Below, piece after piece: positions 29,022-37,801 of a stretch of DNA of 64,000 bases (position 1 is the first letter of the stretch; every line of letters begins with the position of its first letter). Under the pieces are notes generated by a model. It searched no databases. It was given only the letters and a program-made list of their open reading frames with translations, and was not told the origin of the DNA. The position numbers were made by a program, and so were the translations under genes. The stretch lies in the NCBI GenBank assembly GCA_026984935.1, contig JALSRD010000073.1:4313-68312 (forward strand). Reading direction: 5' to 3'. This DNA is from Desulfobacterales bacterium (GTDB lineage Bacteria; Desulfobacterota; Desulfobacteria; Desulfobacterales; JALSRD01).

Positions 29022-30455
29022 TCAGTGCAGCTTGACGGTAACGTAGTAGAGCCGATCGTCGCGCTGAAGCAGGATCACGACGGAATCTTTCAGGCGGAAC
29101 TTGGCAATGGCGCGTTTGAAATCCTGCAGGTTGTTGATTGTGTGGTTATCTATCTTGCGAATGATATCCCCGGGAGTGGCGCCGATGTGAGACAGGTAGG
29201 CGGTTTTCAACAGCTCCCGGATCAGCACCCCCTTGCTGGCCGCAATGTGAAACCGCGCGCGGTTGCGGCGCGTCAGTCCCACCACTTTGATCCCCAGCAG
29301 TTTATAGGCCAGACCCAGTGCCTGTTTTTCGGGAAAAGCCCCTGCGGTCAGGGTGATGCGCCGGTCGGCAGCATTTCGCCAGAGGTGCAGCGACATCCGG
29401 TCGCCGGCGGTATAATCCTTGAGCGTTGAGCGGTAATCCTCGGTGGAATATAGTTTGTAATGCCCGATTTCCAGCATTACGTCCCCCCGCCGAACACCGG
29501 CTTTGGCCGCCGGGCTGTCGGGCGCGGTTTCGGTGATCAGGACACCCCAGGGCTGCCGGCCGTTTTTCAACGGTATTTTCAGGTAGTGCGCCAGCCGCAG
29601 ATCGAGGTTTTGCACCGATATGCCCAGCCAGGCCGGAACCACACGGCCATAGCGGATCAGGTCTGCAATGATGCGCTTGGCCTTGTTGATGGGTATGGCG
29701 AATCCGATACCCCGGGCTTTGGCATAGATGGCGGTATTGATGCCAATCAGTTCGCCGTTGATATTCAACAGCGGGCCGCCGCTGTTGCCGGGGTTAATGG
29801 AGGCGTCGGTTTGTATAAAATCGTGGTAGACTTTGTTTTCGCTGCGGATGCTGCGGTTCAGGGCGCTGATGACACCGGTGGTGACCGTGTTTGAAAAACC
29901 AAAAGGGTTACCGATGGCAATGACGGTTTCACCGATCATCAGGTCGTCGGAGTTTCCCATGGCCACGGCCGGCAGCCGGGTCTTGGCATCGATTTTGAGC
30001 ACGGCCAGGTCCGAGTCCGGGTCGGCGCCCACGATCTGGGCCTGAAGGGAGCGCTCGTCCTTCAATACCACCGTAATGGTGCCGCGGCTTTCGATGACAT
30101 GTGCGTTGGTGAGGATGAACCCCCTCCGGCCGTCGATAATGACGCCTGATCCCAGGCTGGTGCGCTTGTATCGGCGCTGATAGCCCGGTTCGAAAAAATC
30201 CCTGAAAAAGGATTCGAAAAAGGGATCGACGCCCAACCCGGAAAAAGGCGAGCTGCTGCGCCGCAACTGCTGTTGCGAGCTGATGTTCACCACCGCCGGG
30301 CTGACCTGGCGCACGGCGATGACCACGGGGCTTTCGCGCAGGTTTTTTGACGCCGCCCATCCCATGCCCGTCGGCAGTACCATGCCGGCCCATGCAGTGG
30401 CCAGCCAGATCATCATGAACGTCCGACTGAAATGTGCAGCTTCCCCTTTCCTCAT
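29022..30455 (-). CDS. htrA: Periplasmic serine endoprotease, HtrA/DegP/DegQ family (two PDZ domains)
   Basis: Catalytic motifs ILTNAHVI, DSDLAVLKI and GNSGGPLLN, a signal-like N-terminus and two PDZ-like regions. GAGG lies 7 nt before ATG 30455. Confidence 0.93.
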   Translation of the reverse strand: MRKGEAAHFSRTFMMIWLATAWAGMVLPTGMGWAASKNLRESPVVIAVRQVSPAVVNISSQQQLRRSSSPFSGLGVDPFFESFFRDFFEPGYQRRYKRTSLGSGVIIDGRRGFILTNAHVIESRGTITVVLKDERSLQAQIVGADPDSDLAVLKIDAKTRLPAVAMGNSDDLMIGETVIAIGNPFGFSNTVTTGVISALNRSIRSENKVYHDFIQTDASINPGNSGGPLLNINGELIGINTAIYAKARGIGFAIPINKAKRIIADLIRYGRVVPAWLGISVQNLDLRLAHYLKIPLKNGRQPWGVLITETAPDSPAAKAGVRRGDVMLEIGHYKLYSTEDYRSTLKDYTAGDRMSLHLWRNAADRRITLTAGAFPEKQALGLAYKLLGIKVVGLTRRNRARFHIAASKGVLIRELLKTAYLSHIGATPGDIIRKIDNHTINNLQDFKRAIAKFRLKDSVVILLQRDDRLYYVTVKLH

Positions 30456-30750
30456 TTGCAACCTCGCTGTCGATGTATTATATTCCGCGCTGATTTAACC
30501 GTACGATCGCGACTCATTTCGATGATTTGGTAAAGTCCGCGCTTTTGGCTTGCGCAAGCCTTTTCAGGGGCTGTGCAACGTCGTGCCAAATGTCAGGAAC
30601 GTTGTCGCTTTGCTCCTCAAACAGCTGGGGATTTTTAACGCTCAAGCCGGCACCGCGCTTTTTGCCGAAACGTCTTGTAATCCGTTCGGACCCGACTTTT
30701 TACGCGTCTGTCAGTTTTGGCAGGCGGACAACGTGTCGTGCAGGTATACC

Positions 30751-33273
30751 ATGGACTGTAGAACCCTTCAAGAAATCCTGCCGCTGGTCGATCAGCCCAG
30801 CCGCTATCTGGGATGCGAGGTCAACAGTGTGCGCAAGGACCCCGCTCGGATTGAACTGCACTTTGCGCTTGCATTTCCGGACCTTTACGAAATCGGCATG
30901 TCGCATTTCGGCACGCAGATTCTCTACCGTGCACTCAACGAGAATCCACAGATCGCCGCCGAGCGTGTTTTCGCGCCGGGACGCGACATGGCGGCGCGTC
31001 TGCAGGAAGCGCACCTGCCGCTGTGCTCGCTGGAGAGTGGCACGCCGCTGGGCGAATTTGACATCGTGGGATTCAGCCTGCTTTACGAACTCGGCTACAC
31101 CAATGTGCTGTACATGCTGGAGCTGGCCCAAATTCCCCTTTGGGCGGCCGAGCGCGGCGATGCGCATCCGTTGATCATCGCCGGCGGCCCCTGCACCGTG
31201 AATCCGGAGCCGGTGGCGGACTTCTTCGACGCCATGGTGGTGGGAGACGGTGAAGCGGTTGTCGTCCAGCTCAGCCGGGCGTGGATGGAATGGAAGCGCA
31301 GCGGCGCGCCACGCCATGCGCTGCTGAAACGCTGGGCGTCCATCGAAGGCGTTTACATCCCATCCTTTTTTGAAAAAGTGCCGGGCTCCGGTTCCCTGAC
31401 GGCGGTGACGCCTCGCTATACCTGGCATCGGCGGGTTGAACGGGCCATTATCGGCGATCTGGACCGCGCGGTTTTTCCGGATGCGCCGGTGGTGCCTTTC
31501 GGCCGGCCGGTGCACGACCGCTTGCGCCTGGAAGTGGCCCGGGGCTGTACACGCGGGTGCCGCTTTTGCCAGGCCGGCATGATCTATCGGCCGGTGCGCG
31601 AGAGGAGCCCGGAAAAGCTTGTCGCGCTGGCGCGCCGCTCGCTGGAAACGACGGGCTATGACGACATTTCGTTGCTGTCATTGAGTACGGGGGATTACGG
31701 CGCGATTATCTCCCTGATGGAACAGCTCATGTGCGGCGGCGACTTTCACCGGGTGGCCGTTTCCCTGCCATCCCTGCGGGCCGACAGCTTGTCTCCACGG
31801 CTGATGGATCTGGTGCGGCAGGTCCGCAAAACGGGCTTCACCATCGCACCCGAAGCCGGCAGCCAGCGCCTGCGGGACGTGATCAACAAGAATATTTCAC
31901 GGGAGGATATTTTCAACACGGTACGGCAGGCCTTCGACATGGGATGGCAGGTCATCAAGCTCTATTTCATGATCGGTCTGCCCACCGAAACCGATGCGGA
32001 TGTCGCAGCGATTGTCGAACTGGTCCAGGCCCTTACGCGCGCCAAGGACAAGGTTTTCAGAAAGCGGCGTGGCCGAATCAACGTCAGCGTGGCCACCTTT
32101 ATCCCCAAAGCGCACACCCCGTTCCAATGGGAAGGGCAGATTTCTCTGCAGACGTCGCAGCAAAAGATCGACTGGCTGCGAAAACAGCTCAGGATTCCCG
32201 GTGTGCATTTCAAGTGGCAGAATCCCGCAGTCAGCCTGATTGAAGGTTTGATGGCGCGTGGAGACCGGCAACTGAGCCGGCTGCTGGCGGCCGCCTATGC
32301 CAAGGGATGCTGTTTTGACGGCTGGAGCGACCAGTTCCACTTCGACCGCTGGCGGCAGGCGATGGCCGAAACCGGCGTGGATGTCGATTTTTATACCACC
32401 CGCCCGCGGGATTTGAGTGCGCCCCTGCCCTGGGATCACATCGATACCCGGGTTGAACGGGCATTTTTGCGCAAAGAGCGGCGGAATGCACTGGCCGGCC
32501 GGTTGACGCCGGACTGCCGCACCGGGCCGTGCAATGACTGTGGGGTATGCGATTTCAGCAGCATTGCACCTATGGTTCATCCGGCGCCGCCCGATTCCGG
32601 AACACGGCCGAAAGCTACCGGGCGCGCCTCTGGCCGGCGCTACCGACAGGTCCAGGTGGGCTATCGCAAAGTCGGGCAGGCCCGTTATTTTGGACACCTT
32701 GAAATGCAGAATCTGATCAAAAGGGCACTGCGGCGGGCGCACTTGCCGCTGGCCTACAGCGAAGGATTTCATCCAAAACCGAAAATATCGTTTGAAGACC
32801 CGCTGCCGGTGGGCTTGGAGAGCCTGGATGAGCGCTTTTACCTGCACGTTGAGCGCGGCTTTCCCATCGGAGCCATCGCCCGGCGCCTGAATGCCTGCCT
32901 GCCCGAAGGGATGCAGGTCATTTCCTGCCGGGACTTTGCCGGCCGACCGCACAGGCAGCCGAAAGTCCCCGCAGTCTACCGCATCGCGTCGGCGCAACCC
33001 GTCTTTGACACCCGCAAACTGGAGGATTTCAATGCCGCAGCACAGCGGCATGTGTCCCGCACCAGCCACAAGGGCAAAGTGGTGCGGCTGGATGTCAAAA
33101 AGCACGTCGTTGCAATCAGGGTTCTTGCACCGACCCTGCTGGAACTGGTGCTGCGTACGGACCAGGAGCGCATGCTGAGGCCCGCCGAGGCGCTCGCGGC
33201 GATTTTCGCCCTTTCGCCGGATACGCTCCGGAGTTTGCGCATCACCAAGCAGAGCGCCGCAGCAGGCGTTTAG
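30751..33273 (+). CDS. Radical SAM protein of unknown function: B12-binding-like N-domain plus radical SAM core, fused to a DUF2344-like C-domain (resembles TIGR03960+TIGR03936)
   Basis: SRYLGCEVNSV ... LAFPDLYEIGMSHFGTQILY, radical SAM CxxxCxxC (GCTRGCRFCQAGM), and a C-terminal module YFGHLEMQNLIKRALRRAHLPLAYSEGFHPKPKISF. Start is ATG 30751 within the longer track ORF. Confidence 0.88.
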   Translation: MDCRTLQEILPLVDQPSRYLGCEVNSVRKDPARIELHFALAFPDLYEIGMSHFGTQILYRALNENPQIAAERVFAPGRDMAARLQEAHLPLCSLESGTPLGEFDIVGFSLLYELGYTNVLYMLELAQIPLWAAERGDAHPLIIAGGPCTVNPEPVADFFDAMVVGDGEAVVVQLSRAWMEWKRSGAPRHALLKRWASIEGVYIPSFFEKVPGSGSLTAVTPRYTWHRRVERAIIGDLDRAVFPDAPVVPFGRPVHDRLRLEVARGCTRGCRFCQAGMIYRPVRERSPEKLVALARRSLETTGYDDISLLSLSTGDYGAIISLMEQLMCGGDFHRVAVSLPSLRADSLSPRLMDLVRQVRKTGFTIAPEAGSQRLRDVINKNISREDIFNTVRQAFDMGWQVIKLYFMIGLPTETDADVAAIVELVQALTRAKDKVFRKRRGRINVSVATFIPKAHTPFQWEGQISLQTSQQKIDWLRKQLRIPGVHFKWQNPAVSLIEGLMARGDRQLSRLLAAAYAKGCCFDGWSDQFHFDRWRQAMAETGVDVDFYTTRPRDLSAPLPWDHIDTRVERAFLRKERRNALAGRLTPDCRTGPCNDCGVCDFSSIAPMVHPAPPDSGTRPKATGRASGRRYRQVQVGYRKVGQARYFGHLEMQNLIKRALRRAHLPLAYSEGFHPKPKISFEDPLPVGLESLDERFYLHVERGFPIGAIARRLNACLPEGMQVISCRDFAGRPHRQPKVPAVYRIASAQPVFDTRKLEDFNAAAQRHVSRTSHKGKVVRLDVKKHVVAIRVLAPTLLELVLRTDQERMLRPAEALAAIFALSPDTLRSLRITKQSAAAGV

Positions 33274-33310
33274 GCGGTTGCCTGAGGCGGATTGCGGCAT
33301 CGGCCTTGGC

Positions 33311-34882
33311 TCATGCCGGATGGCGGACCTTCTTCACCAGGCGCCGCATGAGCTCGGCCATCTCTTCGATGTGAAACAGATAGGCGGCCGCCAGCAGCAG
33401 AACGACGAAAAACGCTGCTGTCAGCACGCTGCTGAGCAGACAGCCGGAGAAGGTATTCAGACTGACCCAAGTGTTTAGAAAGGTGTGGAAGCCTTCCAGC
33501 AGGATGCCGATGGCCGCCGAAACCAGCGCCACGCGGCAGAAGAAAAGGTAAACCTGGCGGCTGCCGCGGTTGCGGCTGCGGCGGTTCCAGAGTTCGTAGA
33601 GCAGGGCTACCTGGAAAATGGAGGAAAGCGAAATGGCCAGGGCCACGCCGGCGGCGCCCATTTTGTGCATGGCGTAAAAGTACACCGGGATGCTCAACCC
33701 CACCGCCAGTGTATCGAAAACGGCCGGGAAAAGGGTGTTCTGCACGGCATAGTAGCCGCGGCTGACCACAGTGCGGGCCGCAAAAGCAAAGGTGCCGATC
33801 AGCAGAAAAGCCAGCAGGCGGGCGGTCAGCGCCGTGGCCGCCGCGTCGAACCGGCCGCGCTGGAACAAAATGCGGATGACCTCGTGCCGCAGCACCATTA
33901 AAAGCGCCGAAAAGGGAATCACCAGGAAAAGGTAGCGCAGGGCCGTGTTGAAGAGCCGGTTCATCTCGGCCATCTTTTTTTCCACCGCCAGGCGGGCCAT
34001 GAACGGAAAAGACGCCACGCCCACGCTCTGGCCGAAAACGCCCACCAGAATCAGCATCACCCGCAGGCTGTAGTTTAGGCCCGCGATACTGCCGTGCGGC
34101 AGGTAGGAACCGAAAAATTTAAGGAAAAACTCCGCTGAAAAAGTCATGCCCATGCCGACCATCAACGGCAGTGTGAGCAGCACGTAGCGCTTCAGGTCGG
34201 GGTGGCGCAGCCGGATCACGGCGTGATACATCAAACCGGCCCTGCGTGCGCCATAGAGCTGTACGGCGAAATTGCCCACGAAGGCACCGGCCAGCACGCC
34301 CCACGAAAAGCCGACCATGCCGTAGCGGCGCCCCAGCAGCAGGCCGCCGCTGATTATTCCCAGGTTGTAGAGCAGCGGCGCCAGGGCCGGGATCAGAAAG
34401 CGCTCTTTGGCAAACTGCACGGCCATGAACAGCCCGCCGGTGAAAAAGAAGAGCTGGGCCGGCAAAATGATGCGCGTCATGGTGACGGCCTGGCGTAGCA
34501 GACCGGGATCTTTCAGGCCGGGCGCCACTATTTTGACCAACTGCGGGGTAAACAGGTAGGCAAGGGCGATGAGCAGCAGCAGCAGCAATCCGAACGTGTT
34601 GCAGATGATCGAAAAGATGTGCCAGCCTTGCGCTTCGTCCTGCTGGTTCAGATAGTGGGCGAAGATGGGGATGAAGGTGATCGAAAGAAACCCCGAAGCC
34701 GTAACATGGTTGAGGATTTCAGGCAGCAGAAAGGCAATCTGGTATGCGTCCACCTGCGCCCCGGCGCCGCCCACGTAGGCGATGGCCATCTCTCTGAACA
34801 GGCCCATGATGCGGCTCAAAAAAACCGAGGCCATCATGATGGCGGAAGCCATGCCGACTTTTTTGTAAAGGCCAGGGGACAT
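33311..34882 (-). CDS. murJ: Lipid II flippase MurJ/MviN
   Basis: 523 aa and polytopic. N-terminus SRIMGLFREMAIAYVGGAGAQVDAYQIAF is typical of MurJ. Confidence 0.92.
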   Translation of the reverse strand: MSPGLYKKVGMASAIMMASVFLSRIMGLFREMAIAYVGGAGAQVDAYQIAFLLPEILNHVTASGFLSITFIPIFAHYLNQQDEAQGWHIFSIICNTFGLLLLLLIALAYLFTPQLVKIVAPGLKDPGLLRQAVTMTRIILPAQLFFFTGGLFMAVQFAKERFLIPALAPLLYNLGIISGGLLLGRRYGMVGFSWGVLAGAFVGNFAVQLYGARRAGLMYHAVIRLRHPDLKRYVLLTLPLMVGMGMTFSAEFFLKFFGSYLPHGSIAGLNYSLRVMLILVGVFGQSVGVASFPFMARLAVEKKMAEMNRLFNTALRYLFLVIPFSALLMVLRHEVIRILFQRGRFDAAATALTARLLAFLLIGTFAFAARTVVSRGYYAVQNTLFPAVFDTLAVGLSIPVYFYAMHKMGAAGVALAISLSSIFQVALLYELWNRRSRNRGSRQVYLFFCRVALVSAAIGILLEGFHTFLNTWVSLNTFSGCLLSSVLTAAFFVVLLLAAAYLFHIEEMAELMRRLVKKVRHPA

Positions 34883-34990
34883 ATCGCATCCGGTAAAAGG
34901 GAAATGCCGTTAGACGCCGGTTGCGGCCGTTGTAGCAGACGGACGCCGAAAACTCAAAAGTCGCCCGCATTTTTCAGCTGCGGGGCCGCC

Positions 34991-35764
34991 TCAGGGCTTC
35001 AGCCCTTCGGCCTTGATCAGCTCGGCCACGAAACTGCCCACGACCACCTTGCTTTTGACGCGCACCGGCAGTTTGCGCCTGTCGGCGGTCACCCAGACCG
35101 CGATCCTGGCGTGGGGGCTTTTTTCGAAAACACCGCCCACGTGCGTGAGTTCCGGCTGCAGCAGGAAAGTATCGTAGGTCTTGCCGGCCACACGGATTTT
35201 TTCGCGCCGGATCACGCGCACTCTGCCCAAAATCGTTTTCTTGCCGTCGGTAACCGGCCTTGCAATCTGCAATGCGGCACGCATGCGGGCCAGGCGCACC
35301 CAGAAAAACGCCGACAGCGGGTCAAAGGTTCCCGGCAGAAGCGTTGTGGTGCGGACCGGCCGGTTGAAGTTGAAATAGCGCGCTTTTTTTCCCCGCCAGT
35401 CAAAGGTGATGCGTACGTTTCGCCGGGTGGAACCCTCGCGCTGCTTTTTTTTAAAAAAGACGCTGCGCGTCATGCCGTGATCGGTGTAGGCATCTATGCG
35501 GTCGCGCACCCGGTAGAAAACATCCACAAAGGCGTTGGTGCGCGCTTTTAAGGCAAAGTGGCGTACCGGGGCACCGTCGATGGTCGTATCGGGCAGCACC
35601 TGCAGCACGGCCTCACCGGCCGGAATGATCGTCCACTTGAGCCGGAAGGTCAGCTTTTCGCCGGGTCCGAAAGCCCAAGGCTGCTGTGGGGCCGGCCGGC
35701 CGGATGTGCACAGGCTGAACAGCACCAGGACAGCCGTGGTGACGGAGAGGCGGATTGCTTTCAT
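34991..35764 (-). CDS. DUF3108-like exported protein
   Basis: Signal-like N-terminus, then GEKLTFRLKWTIIPAGEAVLQV and a beta-rich body. The start overlaps the upstream stop (ATGA at 35761-35764). Confidence 0.75.
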   Translation of the reverse strand: MKAIRLSVTTAVLVLFSLCTSGRPAPQQPWAFGPGEKLTFRLKWTIIPAGEAVLQVLPDTTIDGAPVRHFALKARTNAFVDVFYRVRDRIDAYTDHGMTRSVFFKKKQREGSTRRNVRITFDWRGKKARYFNFNRPVRTTTLLPGTFDPLSAFFWVRLARMRAALQIARPVTDGKKTILGRVRVIRREKIRVAGKTYDTFLLQPELTHVGGVFEKSPHARIAVWVTADRRKLPVRVKSKVVVGSFVAELIKAEGLKP

Positions 35765-36729
35765 GGGCAGTTGCATTTCCGGGCTTTTGGTGAACCGGCG
35801 GTCAGGATCATCCCCACCGCGACCAGCAGCAGCGAAGCCAGCAGGAGCCAGTTCAGGGATTCACCCTTGAGCATCAGGCTGGACAGCAGCGTACCGCTGA
35901 TCGGAATGAGAAAGCGGTAGACGGCGATGCTGCTCAAGGGGTTGTGTTTGATCAGGACATACCAGAGCGAAAAAGCAGCCGCCGACAAAAAACTCAGGTA
36001 AGCGAGCAGCAGCAGAGAGGCGGCTGAAAAGGAGACCACTCCGGGCGGGTCGAAAAGCCATGCGGCGCCATACAGCACCACGGCGCCGATACACAGCTGA
36101 TAGGCTGACATCAGTGGCGGATGAATATTCACCGAGCGCCGTTTGACGATCATCAGGCCCAGGGCGGATGACAGGGCCGACAGGATGACAAACCCCTCGC
36201 CGGTGAGGCGGAACTCCAGGTCGAACTGATTCCGGCGGAAGTTCACCAGTACCACCCCGAGAAAGCCCAGAACCAGGCCGAGGTTTTTGCGCCGGGTCAG
36301 CAAATCGTCCGGGAACCAGAGATGGGAAAAGAGCGCCAGGAAAAAGGATCCGGAGCCATTGATAATGGCGGCCTTGACGCCGGTGGTGTTGGACAGGCCG
36401 ATGTAAAAGAAAAAATAGAGCAGGAAAGTCTGCAGCACGCCCAGCAGAACGAGGCTGCAAAAAGCGTCGACGGACGGCAGGCGCAGCGATTTGCCTCCGG
36501 CGGCCAGAGCGGCGAAAATGAGCAGGCCGGCCAGGAAAAAGCGGTAGGCCGCAAAGAAAAGTTTGCCGCCCGTGCTGTGTTCGATCCCAAGCATGGCAAA
36601 GCCGATTTTCAGGCAGGGAAAGGCGCTTCCCCACAACAGGGCGCAGAGGGCGACCAGCAGAAACACAAACGGCGGCCATGCGAGAAGGTCTTTTTTGCGG
36701 GCGGAAACTCTGGAAGCGGTATGTGGCAT
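35761..36729 (-). CDS. EamA/DMT-family transporter
   Basis: Ten hydrophobic segments in two EamA-like halves (LLWGSAFPCLKIGF...). ATG 36729 within a longer track ORF. Confidence 0.85.
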   Translation of the reverse strand: MPHTASRVSARKKDLLAWPPFVFLLVALCALLWGSAFPCLKIGFAMLGIEHSTGGKLFFAAYRFFLAGLLIFAALAAGGKSLRLPSVDAFCSLVLLGVLQTFLLYFFFYIGLSNTTGVKAAIINGSGSFFLALFSHLWFPDDLLTRRKNLGLVLGFLGVVLVNFRRNQFDLEFRLTGEGFVILSALSSALGLMIVKRRSVNIHPPLMSAYQLCIGAVVLYGAAWLFDPPGVVSFSAASLLLLAYLSFLSAAAFSLWYVLIKHNPLSSIAVYRFLIPISGTLLSSLMLKGESLNWLLLASLLLVAVGMILTAGSPKARKCNCP

Positions 36730-36843
36730 GCAGGAGCCAGGCAGTCTGTCAGGTGTGGAACCATGGAAAAGAATCACGGCGTCGGGCCGTGTGCAAGCCC
36801 GGGCGTACAATAAAAAAGTAACGCGGTGAATCCGGCGGCGCTG

Positions 36844-37338
36844 TTAGGTGGCCGTTGCGGCAGCACTGAGGCCGCAAACCCGCCAGCGGCCGTTTTCTTT
36901 GACGAGGTCGAGAACCTGCTCTGCAGTCGATGTGCTGCCGAGATGGAAGATTTCGGCGAGCCGGTTGAAGACCGGGTTGAGATAGCGCTTTTTTAAGGCG
37001 CGGATTTCAACCCGGGCACTTTTGGCATCCTGGCGCAGGGTTTTGGTTTGCACGTCCATCAGGTAGCTGCGCATATAATCGGCGCGAAATCCCATCTGGC
37101 GCGCATCTTCGGCCTTTTGCCGTAGGTGGCGATCCACCGGATTGAGGCCGGCCGCCTTTTGGAGCCGGCTGCAGAGAAGCTGATCTGCGCCGGGATCCAG
37201 CATAAAGTAGGCCCGGCTGAACGCCAGCGCGGTTTTTTGCGCCGAATCCCGGCCTTCCGCGGAGACGAATATCAGTTGCAGGACGATGAAAAACAGCAAC
37301 GTGATGGTAAACGTGGCGCTCTTGCTCTCCGATGCCAT
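36844..37338 (-). CDS. Hypothetical membrane-anchored/exported protein
   Basis: AAGGAGAG RBS 7 nt before ATG 37338. One N-terminal hydrophobic helix (FTITLLFFIVLQLIFVSA). No family recognised. Confidence 0.6.
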   Translation of the reverse strand: MASESKSATFTITLLFFIVLQLIFVSAEGRDSAQKTALAFSRAYFMLDPGADQLLCSRLQKAAGLNPVDRHLRQKAEDARQMGFRADYMRSYLMDVQTKTLRQDAKSARVEIRALKKRYLNPVFNRLAEIFHLGSTSTAEQVLDLVKENGRWRVCGLSAAATAT

Positions 37339-37563
37339 GGCTGCGCTCTCCTTTAAAATGGCAACATATGTGGCTGCTGAAATAGCACGGATTTTTTTGG
37401 AAAACAAGGTTTTTCGAACACCGGCCGAGGCCAGCCGGTGTGCTGCGAGGCGGCGTACACATCCTGACCGTACCGGTTGCAAAGTGCACGCACATGCAGT
37501 ATGATATACATACAAAATGGAGCCTTCAGCTTCTCAGGATGGTTATCCTATCCGTGTCCGTAA

Positions 37564-37579
37564 ATAGAATATATAGCGT
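37564..37579 (+). promoter_or_regulatory. NrdR box 1
   Basis: ATAGAATATATAGCGT matches the NrdR consensus acaCwAtATaTwGtgt at 13/16 positions. Confidence 0.65.
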
Positions 37580-37590
37580 CTAAAATTAGC

Positions 37591-37620
37591 TTGACATACA
37601 ATATATAGTGTGCTTATAGA
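37591..37620 (+). promoter_or_regulatory. Sigma-70-type promoter of nrdJ, overlapped by NrdR box 2
   Basis: TTGACA (37591-37596), a 17-18 nt spacer, then TTATAG/TATAGA (37614-37620). This leaves a ~180-nt 5' UTR before ATG 37802 (RBS AGGAGAGG). Confidence 0.6.
37596..37611 (+). promoter_or_regulatory. NrdR box 2
   Basis: ATACAATATATAGTGT matches the consensus at 15/16 positions. Centre-to-centre distance to box 1 is 32 bp, the usual tandem spacing. Confidence 0.75.
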
Positions 37621-37801
37621 CGTCGGCGTTGTGTTCGACAGCCGGACGGGCCGGCGTCGGCAAGCTCTGCCGCCACTTCCGCCGGTGCTGCCTTCCACTG
37701 TAACAAAACACAATGGGATAAATTCCCCGGCGCCCTGATTGCCGGAGTCGATTCTCGCCAGCAACATGTAAAAGCGCACGCTGAATACACAGGAGAGGCA
37801 A

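Noticed and set aside
28749-29046. ORFs 28749-29018 (89 aa) and 28810-29046 (78 aa) in the convergent intergenic region.
   Set aside because: One has a TTG start and the other no RBS. Both use rare codons (AGG, TTA, CTA) unlike neighbouring genes, and the second runs into the htrA 3' end. The region is better explained as noncoding RNA or regulatory DNA.
37621-37801. Possible cobalamin riboswitch in the long nrdJ 5' UTR (it contains CCACTGTAA, reminiscent of the GCCACTG core).
   Set aside because: The other conserved B12-element blocks are absent or in the wrong order. B12 riboswitches normally repress B12-independent RNRs, not nrdJ.
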